Source: Labilithrix sp.
Lineage (GTDB): Bacteria > Myxococcota_A > Polyangia > Polyangiales > Polyangiaceae
Reading direction: 5' to 3'
Length of the DNA stretch: 64,000 nucleotides
Assembly: GCA_026128965.1 (NCBI GenBank)
Contig: JAHCIY010000002.1
Location: forward strand, 1,640,108 to 1,704,107
The notes beneath the pieces are model-generated. The model saw nothing but the letters and a program-made list of their open reading frames with translations, made no database searches and was not told the origin of the DNA. Position numbers and translations under genes: made by a program. Positions 19,191-27,050 of this stretch are shown here, piece after piece; the first letter of the stretch is position 1; every line of letters starts with the position of its first letter.

Positions 19191-20462
19191 ATGCGCCACC
19201 ATCTTTCGCCGGCTCTCCTGGTCTTCGGTCTCTCGTCGGGCGCGCTCGCCTGCAGCGCGTCGGCCCCACCGGCGGAGGTGACCGCCGAGAGCCAGTTCTC
19301 CGTCCCGCGCGTGAAGGAGCTCATGAGCGGAGACGGGCTCGGGCTCGTCGCGAGCGCGGTGGACAGGGCGGGGGGCGTTCATGCCGTCGTGAGGAACGGC
19401 GACGACGTCTGGTACGTGACGAACGCGAGCCAGGGAGAGCGTCGCTGGACGACGAAGAAGCTCGCGTCCACCGCGGAGCTGCTCGCGAGCATGGGCCACG
19501 ATCCCCATCCGGCGTGGGTTGCGCTCCAGCAGACCGCGATCGCGGTCGACGAGGACCGCAACGTCTCCGTCGCGTTCGAGCTCGACGCCGATCTCGCCGG
19601 CGAGCGGGTCCACACCTTGATGGCGCTCCAGGCGATCAACGGAACGTCCCAGCCCGCGGGCCCGACGATCGTCGCGCAGGGGAAGCACACCTACGACCTC
19701 GCGCTCGGGGCGAGCCGCGGCCGGCTGCAGGTCGCGTACTGGTCCGCCGATCCGAACGCGACGAAGCTCGACGAGATCCGCTACCGCGCCACCGCTCCCG
19801 GCGCGAGCGTGTTCGGATCCGAGGTCGCCGTCGCGTGCACGGGCGACGCTGCCGGCGATTGGACGACGCGGAAGCAGCTCAAGATCGATCACGACGCGTC
19901 CGGACGAGCGCACGTCTTCTGCGCCGGCGGCGTGACCCTGAGCCACGCCACCGAGCTCGAGCCCGGCTCCGGGCAGTTCGGACCCGGCGAGCTCGTGCCC
20001 GATCCCGGCTACCCCAACCCGTCGATGATGGGCGTCGCCGTGGACGGGACTCCGCACGTCACGCTGCTGGCGCATGGCGGTCACGGCAGCCTCGACGCCG
20101 TTCATCGCCGGTCTGATGGAGAGTGGATCCATCGCGCGTACTTCGACGAGTCCGTCGATCAACCGCCCCTCGGGGCTTGGGAGCACGCGGTGTACCCGAT
20201 GGCCAACCAAGCGGCGCAGGCCTTCGACCGCGCCGGGCAGCCCGTCCGCGTCGCCCTCATCAACAAGCAGAGCAAGGAAGGCGCGCTCGAGAAGCAGACG
20301 CTTGCCTACTTCGGCCCGGACCTCGCGCGCCACGACGTCGCCGACCTCGATCCCGCGAACCCGGTCTGGAACCTCACCCTCGCCGTCAGCCCGGTCGACG
20401 ACGACGCGATCGTCCTCTTCACGACGCTCGGCACGACGATCAAGCTCTGGGTCGCAGAGTGA
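19191..20462 (+). CDS. lipoprotein, hypothetical
   Basis: MRHHLSPALLVFGLSSGALAC signal. 423 aa with complex composition. Confidence 0.6.
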   Translation: MRHHLSPALLVFGLSSGALACSASAPPAEVTAESQFSVPRVKELMSGDGLGLVASAVDRAGGVHAVVRNGDDVWYVTNASQGERRWTTKKLASTAELLASMGHDPHPAWVALQQTAIAVDEDRNVSVAFELDADLAGERVHTLMALQAINGTSQPAGPTIVAQGKHTYDLALGASRGRLQVAYWSADPNATKLDEIRYRATAPGASVFGSEVAVACTGDAAGDWTTRKQLKIDHDASGRAHVFCAGGVTLSHATELEPGSGQFGPGELVPDPGYPNPSMMGVAVDGTPHVTLLAHGGHGSLDAVHRRSDGEWIHRAYFDESVDQPPLGAWEHAVYPMANQAAQAFDRAGQPVRVALINKQSKEGALEKQTLAYFGPDLARHDVADLDPANPVWNLTLAVSPVDDDAIVLFTTLGTTIKLWVAE

Positions 20463-20847
20463 CGAGCGCGGCGAGGACGACCTCGGCGGTCGCCTGCTCG
20501 TCCGCCGCGGTCGCCGTCGCGCGGACGTGCTCGACGATGGGAGGCAGCGGCTCGACCCCGCGCTCGTCGACGCGCAGGTACGCGAGGCCGTCCTTCGTGA
20601 GGCCGCCGTAGCCGTCGCCATAGCCGTTGCTCCAGAGCGGGACGAAGCCGTCGATCTCGATCTCGATCTCGATCTCGAGGTCGTCCTCCTCGAAGTGGAG
20701 CCCGAGCTGCGCGAGCGCGCGCCGCAGCGTCGGGTCCTCGTCGACCGCGCCGACGAAGGCTCGCACGTCGGGCGGAATCGGGAGGTTCGCCTCTCGCGCG
20801 CGCTCCGCCAGCGCGGGCGCGATCGGCCTCGCGACCAGGCGCTCCAC
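20440..20847 (-). CDS. small hypothetical protein, possibly SMI1/KNR4 (SUKH)-like, containing an (EI)n repeat
   Basis: ...EEDDLEIEIEIEIDGFVPLWSNGYGDGYGGL...RVDERGV.... The (GATCTC)x4 hexanucleotide repeat at about 20654-20680 encodes EIEIEIEI. Family assignment is tentative. Confidence 0.4.
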   Translation of the reverse strand: MERLVARPIAPALAERAREANLPIPPDVRAFVGAVDEDPTLRRALAQLGLHFEEDDLEIEIEIEIDGFVPLWSNGYGDGYGGLTKDGLAYLRVDERGVEPLPPIVEHVRATATAADEQATAEVVLAALVTLRPRA

Positions 20848-21071
20848 GCGGCGCGGCGCAGCGGGGCCGAGCGTGTAGCGCTCCGTCTCGCGCGAAGCCG
20901 CGGCGCCGGCGAGACGCCATCGCTCCCACGCTGGAGGAGGAACCGAGACGCGTCGAGGGCGCCGACGAGCGTGGTGCCTCCGTCGAGCACGAAACGAACG
21001 CCGTGAACGGTCATGGGCAGCTCCTCCAGGCGGTGGCGAAGACGACGCAAAGAGTAGAGAATCGACGCGGC

Positions 21072-22268
21072 ATGACGATCGAAGCGGAGGAGCGCCCGCG
21101 GCTCGCCCGCATCCTGCCGTTTTTGACGCTCACCGTCTTCCTCGATCTTGTGGGCTACGGGATCATCCTGCCGCTCTTGCCCTCGTACATCGGCGAGCTC
21201 GGCGGCTCGCCGCAGGTCGTGGGGATCCTCTTCGCGTCGTTCGCGGCGGCGCAGCTCGTGGCGATGCCCGTCCTCGGCCGCACGTCCGATCGCCACGGGC
21301 GGCGGCGCGTGATCGCGATCTCGCTCGCGGCCAACGCCGTCGCGATGATCCTCTTCTCCCTCGCGATCCGTCATCACGCGCTCTGGCTCCTCTTCGCGTC
21401 GCGCATCCTCGCGGGCGTGACCTCGGGGAACATCGGCGCGTGCCAGGCGGCGATCGCGGACATCTCGGAGGGCGCGGAGCGCGTGCGCGCGATGGGCAAG
21501 GTCGGCGCCGGCATCGGGCTCGGCGTGATGCTCGGCCCCTGGATCGGCGGGCGCGCGAGCACGCTCGGCGACGCGGCGCCTCCGCTCTTCGCGGCGGCGA
21601 TGGCCTTCGTCGCGCTCGTCGGCGTCCTCGTCTTCCTCCCGGAGACGAACACGCGCGCCCTCGTCACCGCGCGCCCGCACCTGTCGCTCAAGGCGCTCGG
21701 ATCGAACCCGAAGATCGCGATCGTGATGACGCTCTATTTCTTCATGTTCCTCTACATGACGACCCTGCAGACGGCGCTCGCGCTCCTCGTCGCCGAGCGC
21801 TTCGGATGGACGAAGGAGCGCGTCGGCGATCTGTTCGGGCTCTTCGGGCTCGTGACGCTCGTGATGCAGTTCGGCGTCGTCGGCCCGATCTCGCGCCGCA
21901 TGACGTCGCCGAGCGTCCTCTCCGGCGCGGGGGTCCTCGCCGCGATCGGCCTCGCGGCGATCGCGCTCGCGTCGTCCTCCACCGTCCTCGTCGGCGGTCT
22001 CGTCGTCCTCGCGATGGCGGTCGGCCTCTCGCATCCGCAGCTCGCGTCGCTCGCCTCGCAGTACGCCGGCCCCGGCCAGCAAGGGACCGTGCTCGGGTTC
22101 GCGCAGTCCTCCGGCGCGCTCTCGCGCACGATCGGGCCCATCCTCTGGGGCTCGCTCTATCACCACCTCGGCCCGTCGGCGGCGTTCCTGGGCGGGACCT
22201 CCGCCGCCGTCGTCGTCGCCGTCGTCGCGTCGATCGCGCGCAAGGCGCCGCGTACGGTCGAGCCATGA
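21072..22268 (+). CDS. MFS transporter
   Basis: 12 transmembrane segments. MFS motif GRTSDRHGRRRV between TM2 and TM3. Confidence 0.8.
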   Translation: MTIEAEERPRLARILPFLTLTVFLDLVGYGIILPLLPSYIGELGGSPQVVGILFASFAAAQLVAMPVLGRTSDRHGRRRVIAISLAANAVAMILFSLAIRHHALWLLFASRILAGVTSGNIGACQAAIADISEGAERVRAMGKVGAGIGLGVMLGPWIGGRASTLGDAAPPLFAAAMAFVALVGVLVFLPETNTRALVTARPHLSLKALGSNPKIAIVMTLYFFMFLYMTTLQTALALLVAERFGWTKERVGDLFGLFGLVTLVMQFGVVGPISRRMTSPSVLSGAGVLAAIGLAAIALASSSTVLVGGLVVLAMAVGLSHPQLASLASQYAGPGQQGTVLGFAQSSGALSRTIGPILWGSLYHHLGPSAAFLGGTSAAVVVAVVASIARKAPRTVEP

Positions 22269-23104
22269 CCGACACGACCGCCGCGCTCGGCGCCGCGTTC
22301 CTCCTCCTCGGCGGCCTGCGGCTGTGGCTCGCGTGGCGGTCGCGGAGCGTCGTCGTCGGCGAGCGGAACGGGACCGCGGTGATCGTCCGGCGCCGCGGGC
22401 GCTACCGCGAGCTCGTGCTGCGGAAGGACGGGCGCGAGCTCGTGCAGTCGCGGCAGGCGGTGGGGGACCCGCTCGACTCCGGACCCGGCTACGTCGACGG
22501 CTTCCACGTCGCGATGCTGCTCGAGCCGCGCCCGGAGCAGGTCCTCTTCCTCGGCGGCGGCGCCTGCATCGCGCCGCGGCAGTTCGAGGCGGCATATCCC
22601 GACGTGAGCATCGACGTCGTGGAGAACGATCCTTGGGTGATCGCGGCGGCCAATCGGTATTTCGGATTCCGCATTACGAAGCGCATTTCCGTCCACGCGA
22701 CGGACGCGCGCAAGTTCGTCAAGGAGTCGACCTTTGGCCCTTATGACCTCGTCGTGCTCGACGTCTACGACGCGCACGGTATTCCGCCTTCGCTCCGCGG
22801 CCCCGAGCTCTTCGGCGCGTTGCGGAGCGCGCTCAAGGACAGCGGCGCGCTGATCGCCAATCTGGTCGCGGGCTCGGACGACGTGCGCGCGCGTATCGCG
22901 GAGGCGTTTCGCGGGTGGGAGATCGCCGACTTCGTCGTCGACGACCAGAACACGCTCGTCCTCGCCGCGCCGTCGATCCCGCCGCGCGAGGTCCTCCGCG
23001 AGCGCGCTCGATCGACGAAGTCGCGGGCGGGCGACGTCCTGCGAGCCGCGCGCAACGGCAGCCCATCGGCCGGCATCGAACCGAGCCATGGGCGAGAAAC
23101 GTGA
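22265..23104 (+). CDS. spermidine-synthase-like protein, downstream half of a split 'fused MFS/spermidine synthase' pair
   Basis: ATGA overlap with the MFS gene. ...VLFLGGGACIAPRQF...DVVENDPWV...YDLVVLDVYDAHGIP... SpeE-like fold. Confidence 0.75.
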   Translation: MTDTTAALGAAFLLLGGLRLWLAWRSRSVVVGERNGTAVIVRRRGRYRELVLRKDGRELVQSRQAVGDPLDSGPGYVDGFHVAMLLEPRPEQVLFLGGGACIAPRQFEAAYPDVSIDVVENDPWVIAAANRYFGFRITKRISVHATDARKFVKESTFGPYDLVVLDVYDAHGIPPSLRGPELFGALRSALKDSGALIANLVAGSDDVRARIAEAFRGWEIADFVVDDQNTLVLAAPSIPPREVLRERARSTKSRAGDVLRAARNGSPSAGIEPSHGRET

Positions 23105-23750
23105 CGTGCGCATCGATGTCTGGTCGGACGTGATCTGTCCGTGGTGCTGGCTCGGCCGTGCGCGGCTCGAGAAGGCGGTCGCGGCCTTCGGGAGCGAGCG
23201 GGTGGAGGTGGTCTTCCGCAGCTTCGAGCTCGATCCGAAGAGCGATCCCGACCTCGACGTCTCGACGAACGAGATGCTGCAGAAGAAATTCGGGATCGGT
23301 CCGGCGCAGCTCGAGGCGATGCACGACCGGCTCAGGAAGCTCGGCGCCGCCGACGGGATCGAGTACCGCTTCGACAAGACGCGGACCTCGAACACCTTCG
23401 CCGCGCACCAGCTCGTCGTCTTCGCGAAGGAGAGCGGCAAGCAGCTCGCGATGGTCGATCGCCTCTTCGCCGCGAACTTCAAGGAGGGGGTCCGGATCGG
23501 CGATCGCGCCGCGCTCGTGAAGCTGGCCGGCGAGGTCGGCCTCGACACGTCGGCGGTGGAGGCCGGCCTCGCCGAGGACCGCTGGGCGGAGGCGGTGCGC
23601 GCGGACGAGGCGGAGGCGCGCACGATCGGGATCTCGGGCGTTCCGTTCTTCCTCTTCGACGGGAAGGTCGCGGTGTCCGGCGCGGAGTCCGCCGAGGTGC
23701 TCGGCCGCGCCCTGACGAAGACGGTCGCTCCGCCCGTATCGAGGTGTTAA
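23088..23750 (+). CDS. DsbA-family (FrnE-like) thiol oxidoreductase
   Basis: IDVWSDVICPWCWLG CxxC active site in a thioredoxin-fold context. Confidence 0.85.
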   Translation: MGEKRDVRIDVWSDVICPWCWLGRARLEKAVAAFGSERVEVVFRSFELDPKSDPDLDVSTNEMLQKKFGIGPAQLEAMHDRLRKLGAADGIEYRFDKTRTSNTFAAHQLVVFAKESGKQLAMVDRLFAANFKEGVRIGDRAALVKLAGEVGLDTSAVEAGLAEDRWAEAVRADEAEARTIGISGVPFFLFDGKVAVSGAESAEVLGRALTKTVAPPVSRC

Positions 23751-23754
23751 AGCA

Positions 23755-24081
23755 GTGGGCATGCTCTTCGGTTTGTTCGGGAAGTTCGTCGCCGTCGAAG
23801 GCCAGCGCGATGCGCTCGTGCAGAAGCTGCTCCGCGCCGCCGAGCTGATGCAGTCCGTCCCGTCGTGCCTGCTCTACGTCGTCAACACGTCGTCGTCCGA
23901 GCCGGACGCCGTGCTCGTCACCGAGATCTGGAGCGACGAGCGCGCGCACGGCGCGTCGCTGTCGATGCCGGGCGTGCGCGAGCTCATTCAGACGACGATG
24001 CCGCTCGTCGCGTCGGCGCCGGAGGGCACACGCTTCACGCCGGTCGGCGGCAAAGGTCTGTCGGCGCTGACCGGGAAGTGA
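23755..24081 (+). CDS. antibiotic-biosynthesis-monooxygenase (ABM) domain protein
   Basis: 108 aa with ABM-like ferredoxin-fold pattern (...LLYVVNTSSSEPDAVLVTEIWSDERAH...). Confidence 0.65.
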   Translation: MGMLFGLFGKFVAVEGQRDALVQKLLRAAELMQSVPSCLLYVVNTSSSEPDAVLVTEIWSDERAHGASLSMPGVRELIQTTMPLVASAPEGTRFTPVGGKGLSALTGK

Positions 24082-24997
24082 GCGCGAACACGAGCCGGTG
24101 CGCGGCGGCGACGTCGTCGATCGCGAGCGGCCTCGGCGCGGCGAGCGCCTCGTGGATGAACGGCACGAGGAGCGGGCTCCCGAGCGCGCCGGCGGGGGCG
24201 GGGTAGCGGACCGCGCGCGGGCCGCGCCACGAGAGCGGCGTGCCGGTCGGGTCCGCCTCCGCCGCGTGGAGGTAGGCGGTCGTGCCGTCGCCTTCGACCG
24301 CGAGGCGCACGTCGCACGCGCGCGGCTCGTCGAGCGTGATCGCGACCCGCGCCGACGCGCCGCCCTCGAGCTCGAGCGCGATCTCGCCCGCGGTCGCGAC
24401 GTCGATCGTAGGGCGGCCGAACCCTTCGCGCCCGCGCGACGCGACGACGCGGCGGTTCGCGATCCAGAGCACGAGGTCGAGCGCGTGAATGCCGATCGAC
24501 AGCATCGCGCCGCAGCCCCAGCGCGCGGCGTCGCGGCGCGCGAAGTAGGCGGCGTCGCGCCAGAGCCGGAGCTCGCAGTGGATGCGCGGTCGCGCGCCGA
24601 ACACGCCGGCCTCGATCGCGGCGCGCAGCTCCGACGCGCTCCGCCCCGATCGCCACTGCACGATCGGCACGACGCGCGGCAGCGTCCGCAGACGCTCGAG
24701 CTCCTCGTTCGAGAGCGCGACCGGCTTCTCGACGAAGACGAGGCGGCGCCCGTCGGCGAGCGCGGCGGCTTGCGCGACGTGGTGGATCGGGGGGCTGCAC
24801 ACCGCGGCGATCGCGGCGTCGTGACGGAGCGCTCGATCGAGCGAGGTGCACGGCTCACCGCCGACGAGCTCGACGAGGTTCCGTGCGCTCGCGCGGTCGG
24901 GATCGAAGACGGCCGCGATGCGGACGCCGGCCGAGCGGAGCGCGAGGGCGTGGAGGAACCCGGAGGCGCCGGCGCCGGCGATGAGCGCGCTCTGCAT
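24035..24997 (-). CDS. Gfo/Idh/MocA-family oxidoreductase
   Basis: N-terminal Rossmann (IAGAGASGFLHALAL). ...EKPVALS... consensus. Confidence 0.75.
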   Translation of the reverse strand: MQSALIAGAGASGFLHALALRSAGVRIAAVFDPDRASARNLVELVGGEPCTSLDRALRHDAAIAAVCSPPIHHVAQAAALADGRRLVFVEKPVALSNEELERLRTLPRVVPIVQWRSGRSASELRAAIEAGVFGARPRIHCELRLWRDAAYFARRDAARWGCGAMLSIGIHALDLVLWIANRRVVASRGREGFGRPTIDVATAGEIALELEGGASARVAITLDEPRACDVRLAVEGDGTTAYLHAAEADPTGTPLSWRGPRAVRYPAPAGALGSPLLVPFIHEALAAPRPLAIDDVAAAHRLVFALTSRSAPTDLCRRPA

Positions 24998-25050
24998 GAC
25001 GATCGTGTGTCACGCCGCGAGCGCGGGCGGCACTGACACGGGCTGACGTT

Positions 25051-26928
25051 CTAGGAGGTGGCGAGCGCGAGCGGTACGTCGGGATCGATGAGGTAGCCTT
25101 CGTCGCGCGTGACGAGCGCGTCGGAGAGGCCGAGCGCGCGGAGACGGCGGATCGTCGTGTAGACGCGCAGCGTGGCCGCCTCGTGCTGCATCTTCTCGCC
25201 GGGCCAGCCCGCCTCGATCATGTCGAGGGTGGAGATGGCGGCGCCGGGGCGCTCCGTCCGCGCGACGGCGAGCGCCCACAAGACGCGGCGCACGGGGCCG
25301 TGACGCGCGAGGTCGTGCACCTCGCCCGACGGCAGGGTGAGGTTCCGTCCGTCGTGCCCGACCACGATCGGCCGCGCGGCGGTGCTCGCCTCGCTCGCCT
25401 CGACGATCGCGCGCACGACGGTGGAGGCCGGCATCCGCGACACCATCGCGGCGGCGCGTGCTTCGAGGAGCCGCTTCCGTTCGGCCTCGGCGTCGCCGCG
25501 CGCGCGCGCCGCGATCGCGAGCCGGGCGAGGGCGAGCGCCTCACGCCAGCGCTGCCCGCTCGCGCGGAACTCGGCGACCTGCGCCCCGAGCCGGACGCTG
25601 TCGGCGGCGTCGTCGCGCGCGTCGGGCAAGAGCTCCATCATCCCGCGGACCGCTCCTTCGCGCGGCGCGTCGCGCATGACGACGTGGATCGCGACCGCCT
25701 CTTCCAGGAGCGCGCGCGCGGCGTCGGGCTCGCCGCCGAGGAGCGCGTGGATCCCGAGCCCCGCCGCGGCGTCGGCCTGACCGCGCGGATCGTCGGCCGT
25801 GAGGCGGCGGGCCTCTTCGAACGCCGCGCGGGCGGCGTCGAAGTCGGTGAGCGCGAGCGCCGCCCAGCCCGCCCCGCGCAGCGCCTCGGCGCCGAGCACG
25901 TCCGACGTCGCGAGCGCCATCGCCTCCGCGACGAGCGCCTTCGCGGCGGCGGGCTCTCCGCGCTCGAGCATCGCGCGCCCCGCGACGAGCCGCGCGCGCA
26001 GGCTCTCAACGTCGGGGGCGTTGCCCCCGCCACCCCCACCCCAGACACGGTCAACGTCGGGGGCGTTGCCCCCGCCACCCCCACCCCAGACACGGCCCGC
26101 CGGAGACGGCGGGTCGCTGCGCGACCGCTGGTGCGGCCGCTTCTGGGGCCCCGGTGGCGCGATCGTGTCGTCGTCGGCGGTCATGGTGTTGGCGGTGAGG
26201 GCGTCGGCGACTTCGATGGCGCGGGTGAAGGCGGGGGCGTCGAAGGGGAGGGCGTCGGCGAAGAAGAGGGCGTCGGAGGCGGCGTTCCAGAGCGTGAGGC
26301 CGCGGGCGCGTGTCTCGGGCGCGTCGGCGAAGAGCGCGCGCGTCGCGAGCGGGATGGCGGCGGCGAGCTCGGCCAGCGTCGCGCGTGAACGAGGGCCGTA
26401 GCTCGCGGGCCGGAGCTCGATCGCGCGCCGGATCCACGCGTCGAGCCATCGGTCTGCTGCGTCCGGGGCAGGCGTACGGCTCGCGTCGACGTGATGGAAC
26501 GCGCGGACCGAGTAGGGGACGGCGAGCGTGACGACGCCAGCGCGTGTCGTGCGGGTGACGAGGCGCGCGCCTTCGAGCCGGCAGATGCTCTCGATCGACG
26601 TGTCGGGCGCGACGGACTCGAGCACGTCCCACGCGAAGGGCGCGTCGCACGCGGCGAGGGTGGAGAGGAGGGCGGCGTCTTCGGGCGAGAGCGCGGCGAT
26701 CGCGTCGTCGACCTCGTCGCGCCACGGCAAGCGCGCGTCGGGCAGCGTCCATCCGACGAGGCGGGGGCGGAGCGGGCCCCAGCCGATCGTGCGCGCGAGG
26801 CCGCCGGCCCACGTGAGCACCGCGCGCTCGCGGCCGAGGAGCGCGGCGACGTCGGCGAGGTCCCCCTCGTCGCCCGACTCGGCCGCGAGGATGCGGACCG
26901 CCTCGGCTTCGTCGACCGCCTCGAGCAT
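25051..26928 (-). CDS. TPR-rich regulator with a C-terminal OmpR/PhoB-type winged-helix DNA-binding domain (reverse arrangement of an AfsR/SARP-like protein; no P-loop)
   Basis: Central Ala-rich TPR-like helices. C-terminal ...VLWALAVARTERPGAAISTLDMIEAGWPGE...LRVYTTIRRLRALGL...GYLID fits the trans_reg_C pattern. Contains an exact 15-aa tandem duplication RVWGGGGGGNAPDVD. Confidence 0.6.
   Translation of the reverse strand: MLEAVDEAEAVRILAAESGDEGDLADVAALLGRERAVLTWAGGLARTIGWGPLRPRLVGWTLPDARLPWRDEVDDAIAALSPEDAALLSTLAACDAPFAWDVLESVAPDTSIESICRLEGARLVTRTTRAGVVTLAVPYSVRAFHHVDASRTPAPDAADRWLDAWIRRAIELRPASYGPRSRATLAELAAAIPLATRALFADAPETRARGLTLWNAASDALFFADALPFDAPAFTRAIEVADALTANTMTADDDTIAPPGPQKRPHQRSRSDPPSPAGRVWGGGGGGNAPDVDRVWGGGGGGNAPDVESLRARLVAGRAMLERGEPAAAKALVAEAMALATSDVLGAEALRGAGWAALALTDFDAARAAFEEARRLTADDPRGQADAAAGLGIHALLGGEPDAARALLEEAVAIHVVMRDAPREGAVRGMMELLPDARDDAADSVRLGAQVAEFRASGQRWREALALARLAIAARARGDAEAERKRLLEARAAAMVSRMPASTVVRAIVEASEASTAARPIVVGHDGRNLTLPSGEVHDLARHGPVRRVLWALAVARTERPGAAISTLDMIEAGWPGEKMQHEAATLRVYTTIRRLRALGLSDALVTRDEGYLIDPDVPLALATS
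26005..26094. repeat. perfect 45-bp tandem duplication (2 copies) inside the TPR/winged-helix gene
   Basis: Seen directly. Each unit contains the hairpin-capable GGGGGCGTTGCCCCC and encodes RVWGGGGGGNAPDVD. Confidence 0.8.
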
Positions 26929-26957
26929 GACTCCTGTCTACTCCCTTCCGCGCACGT

Positions 26958-27050
26958 CTTCACGAATTGGCTCCGATCGCGAGATGCGCGCGCGGCGGGC
27001 CCTTCCGCCCGCGGTGCGCGGCTTCACGAATTGGCTACGATCGCGTGATG
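26958..27050. promoter_or_regulatory. two about 29-bp direct repeats (CTTCACGAATTGGCT[C/A]CGATCGCG[A/T]GATG) about 64 bp apart in the divergent promoter region; the second copy contains the ATG of the downstream gene
   Basis: Seen directly. The TPR/winged-helix gene is upstream on the minus strand and the multi-receiver gene downstream on the plus strand. Confidence 0.4.

Noticed and set aside
21440-22264. N-terminal 275 codons of the listed 554-aa ORF 21440..23104
   Set aside because: This part is an out-of-frame read through the MFS gene (Arg-rich). Only the segment from the ATGA-overlap start at 22265 has protein-like composition.
25051-26928. STAND/NB-ARC ATPase (defence-type) interpretation of the TPR protein
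   Set aside because: No Walker A (GxxxxGK[ST]) or Walker B is present anywhere in the ORF. Only helical and TPR regions plus a C-terminal winged helix are present.
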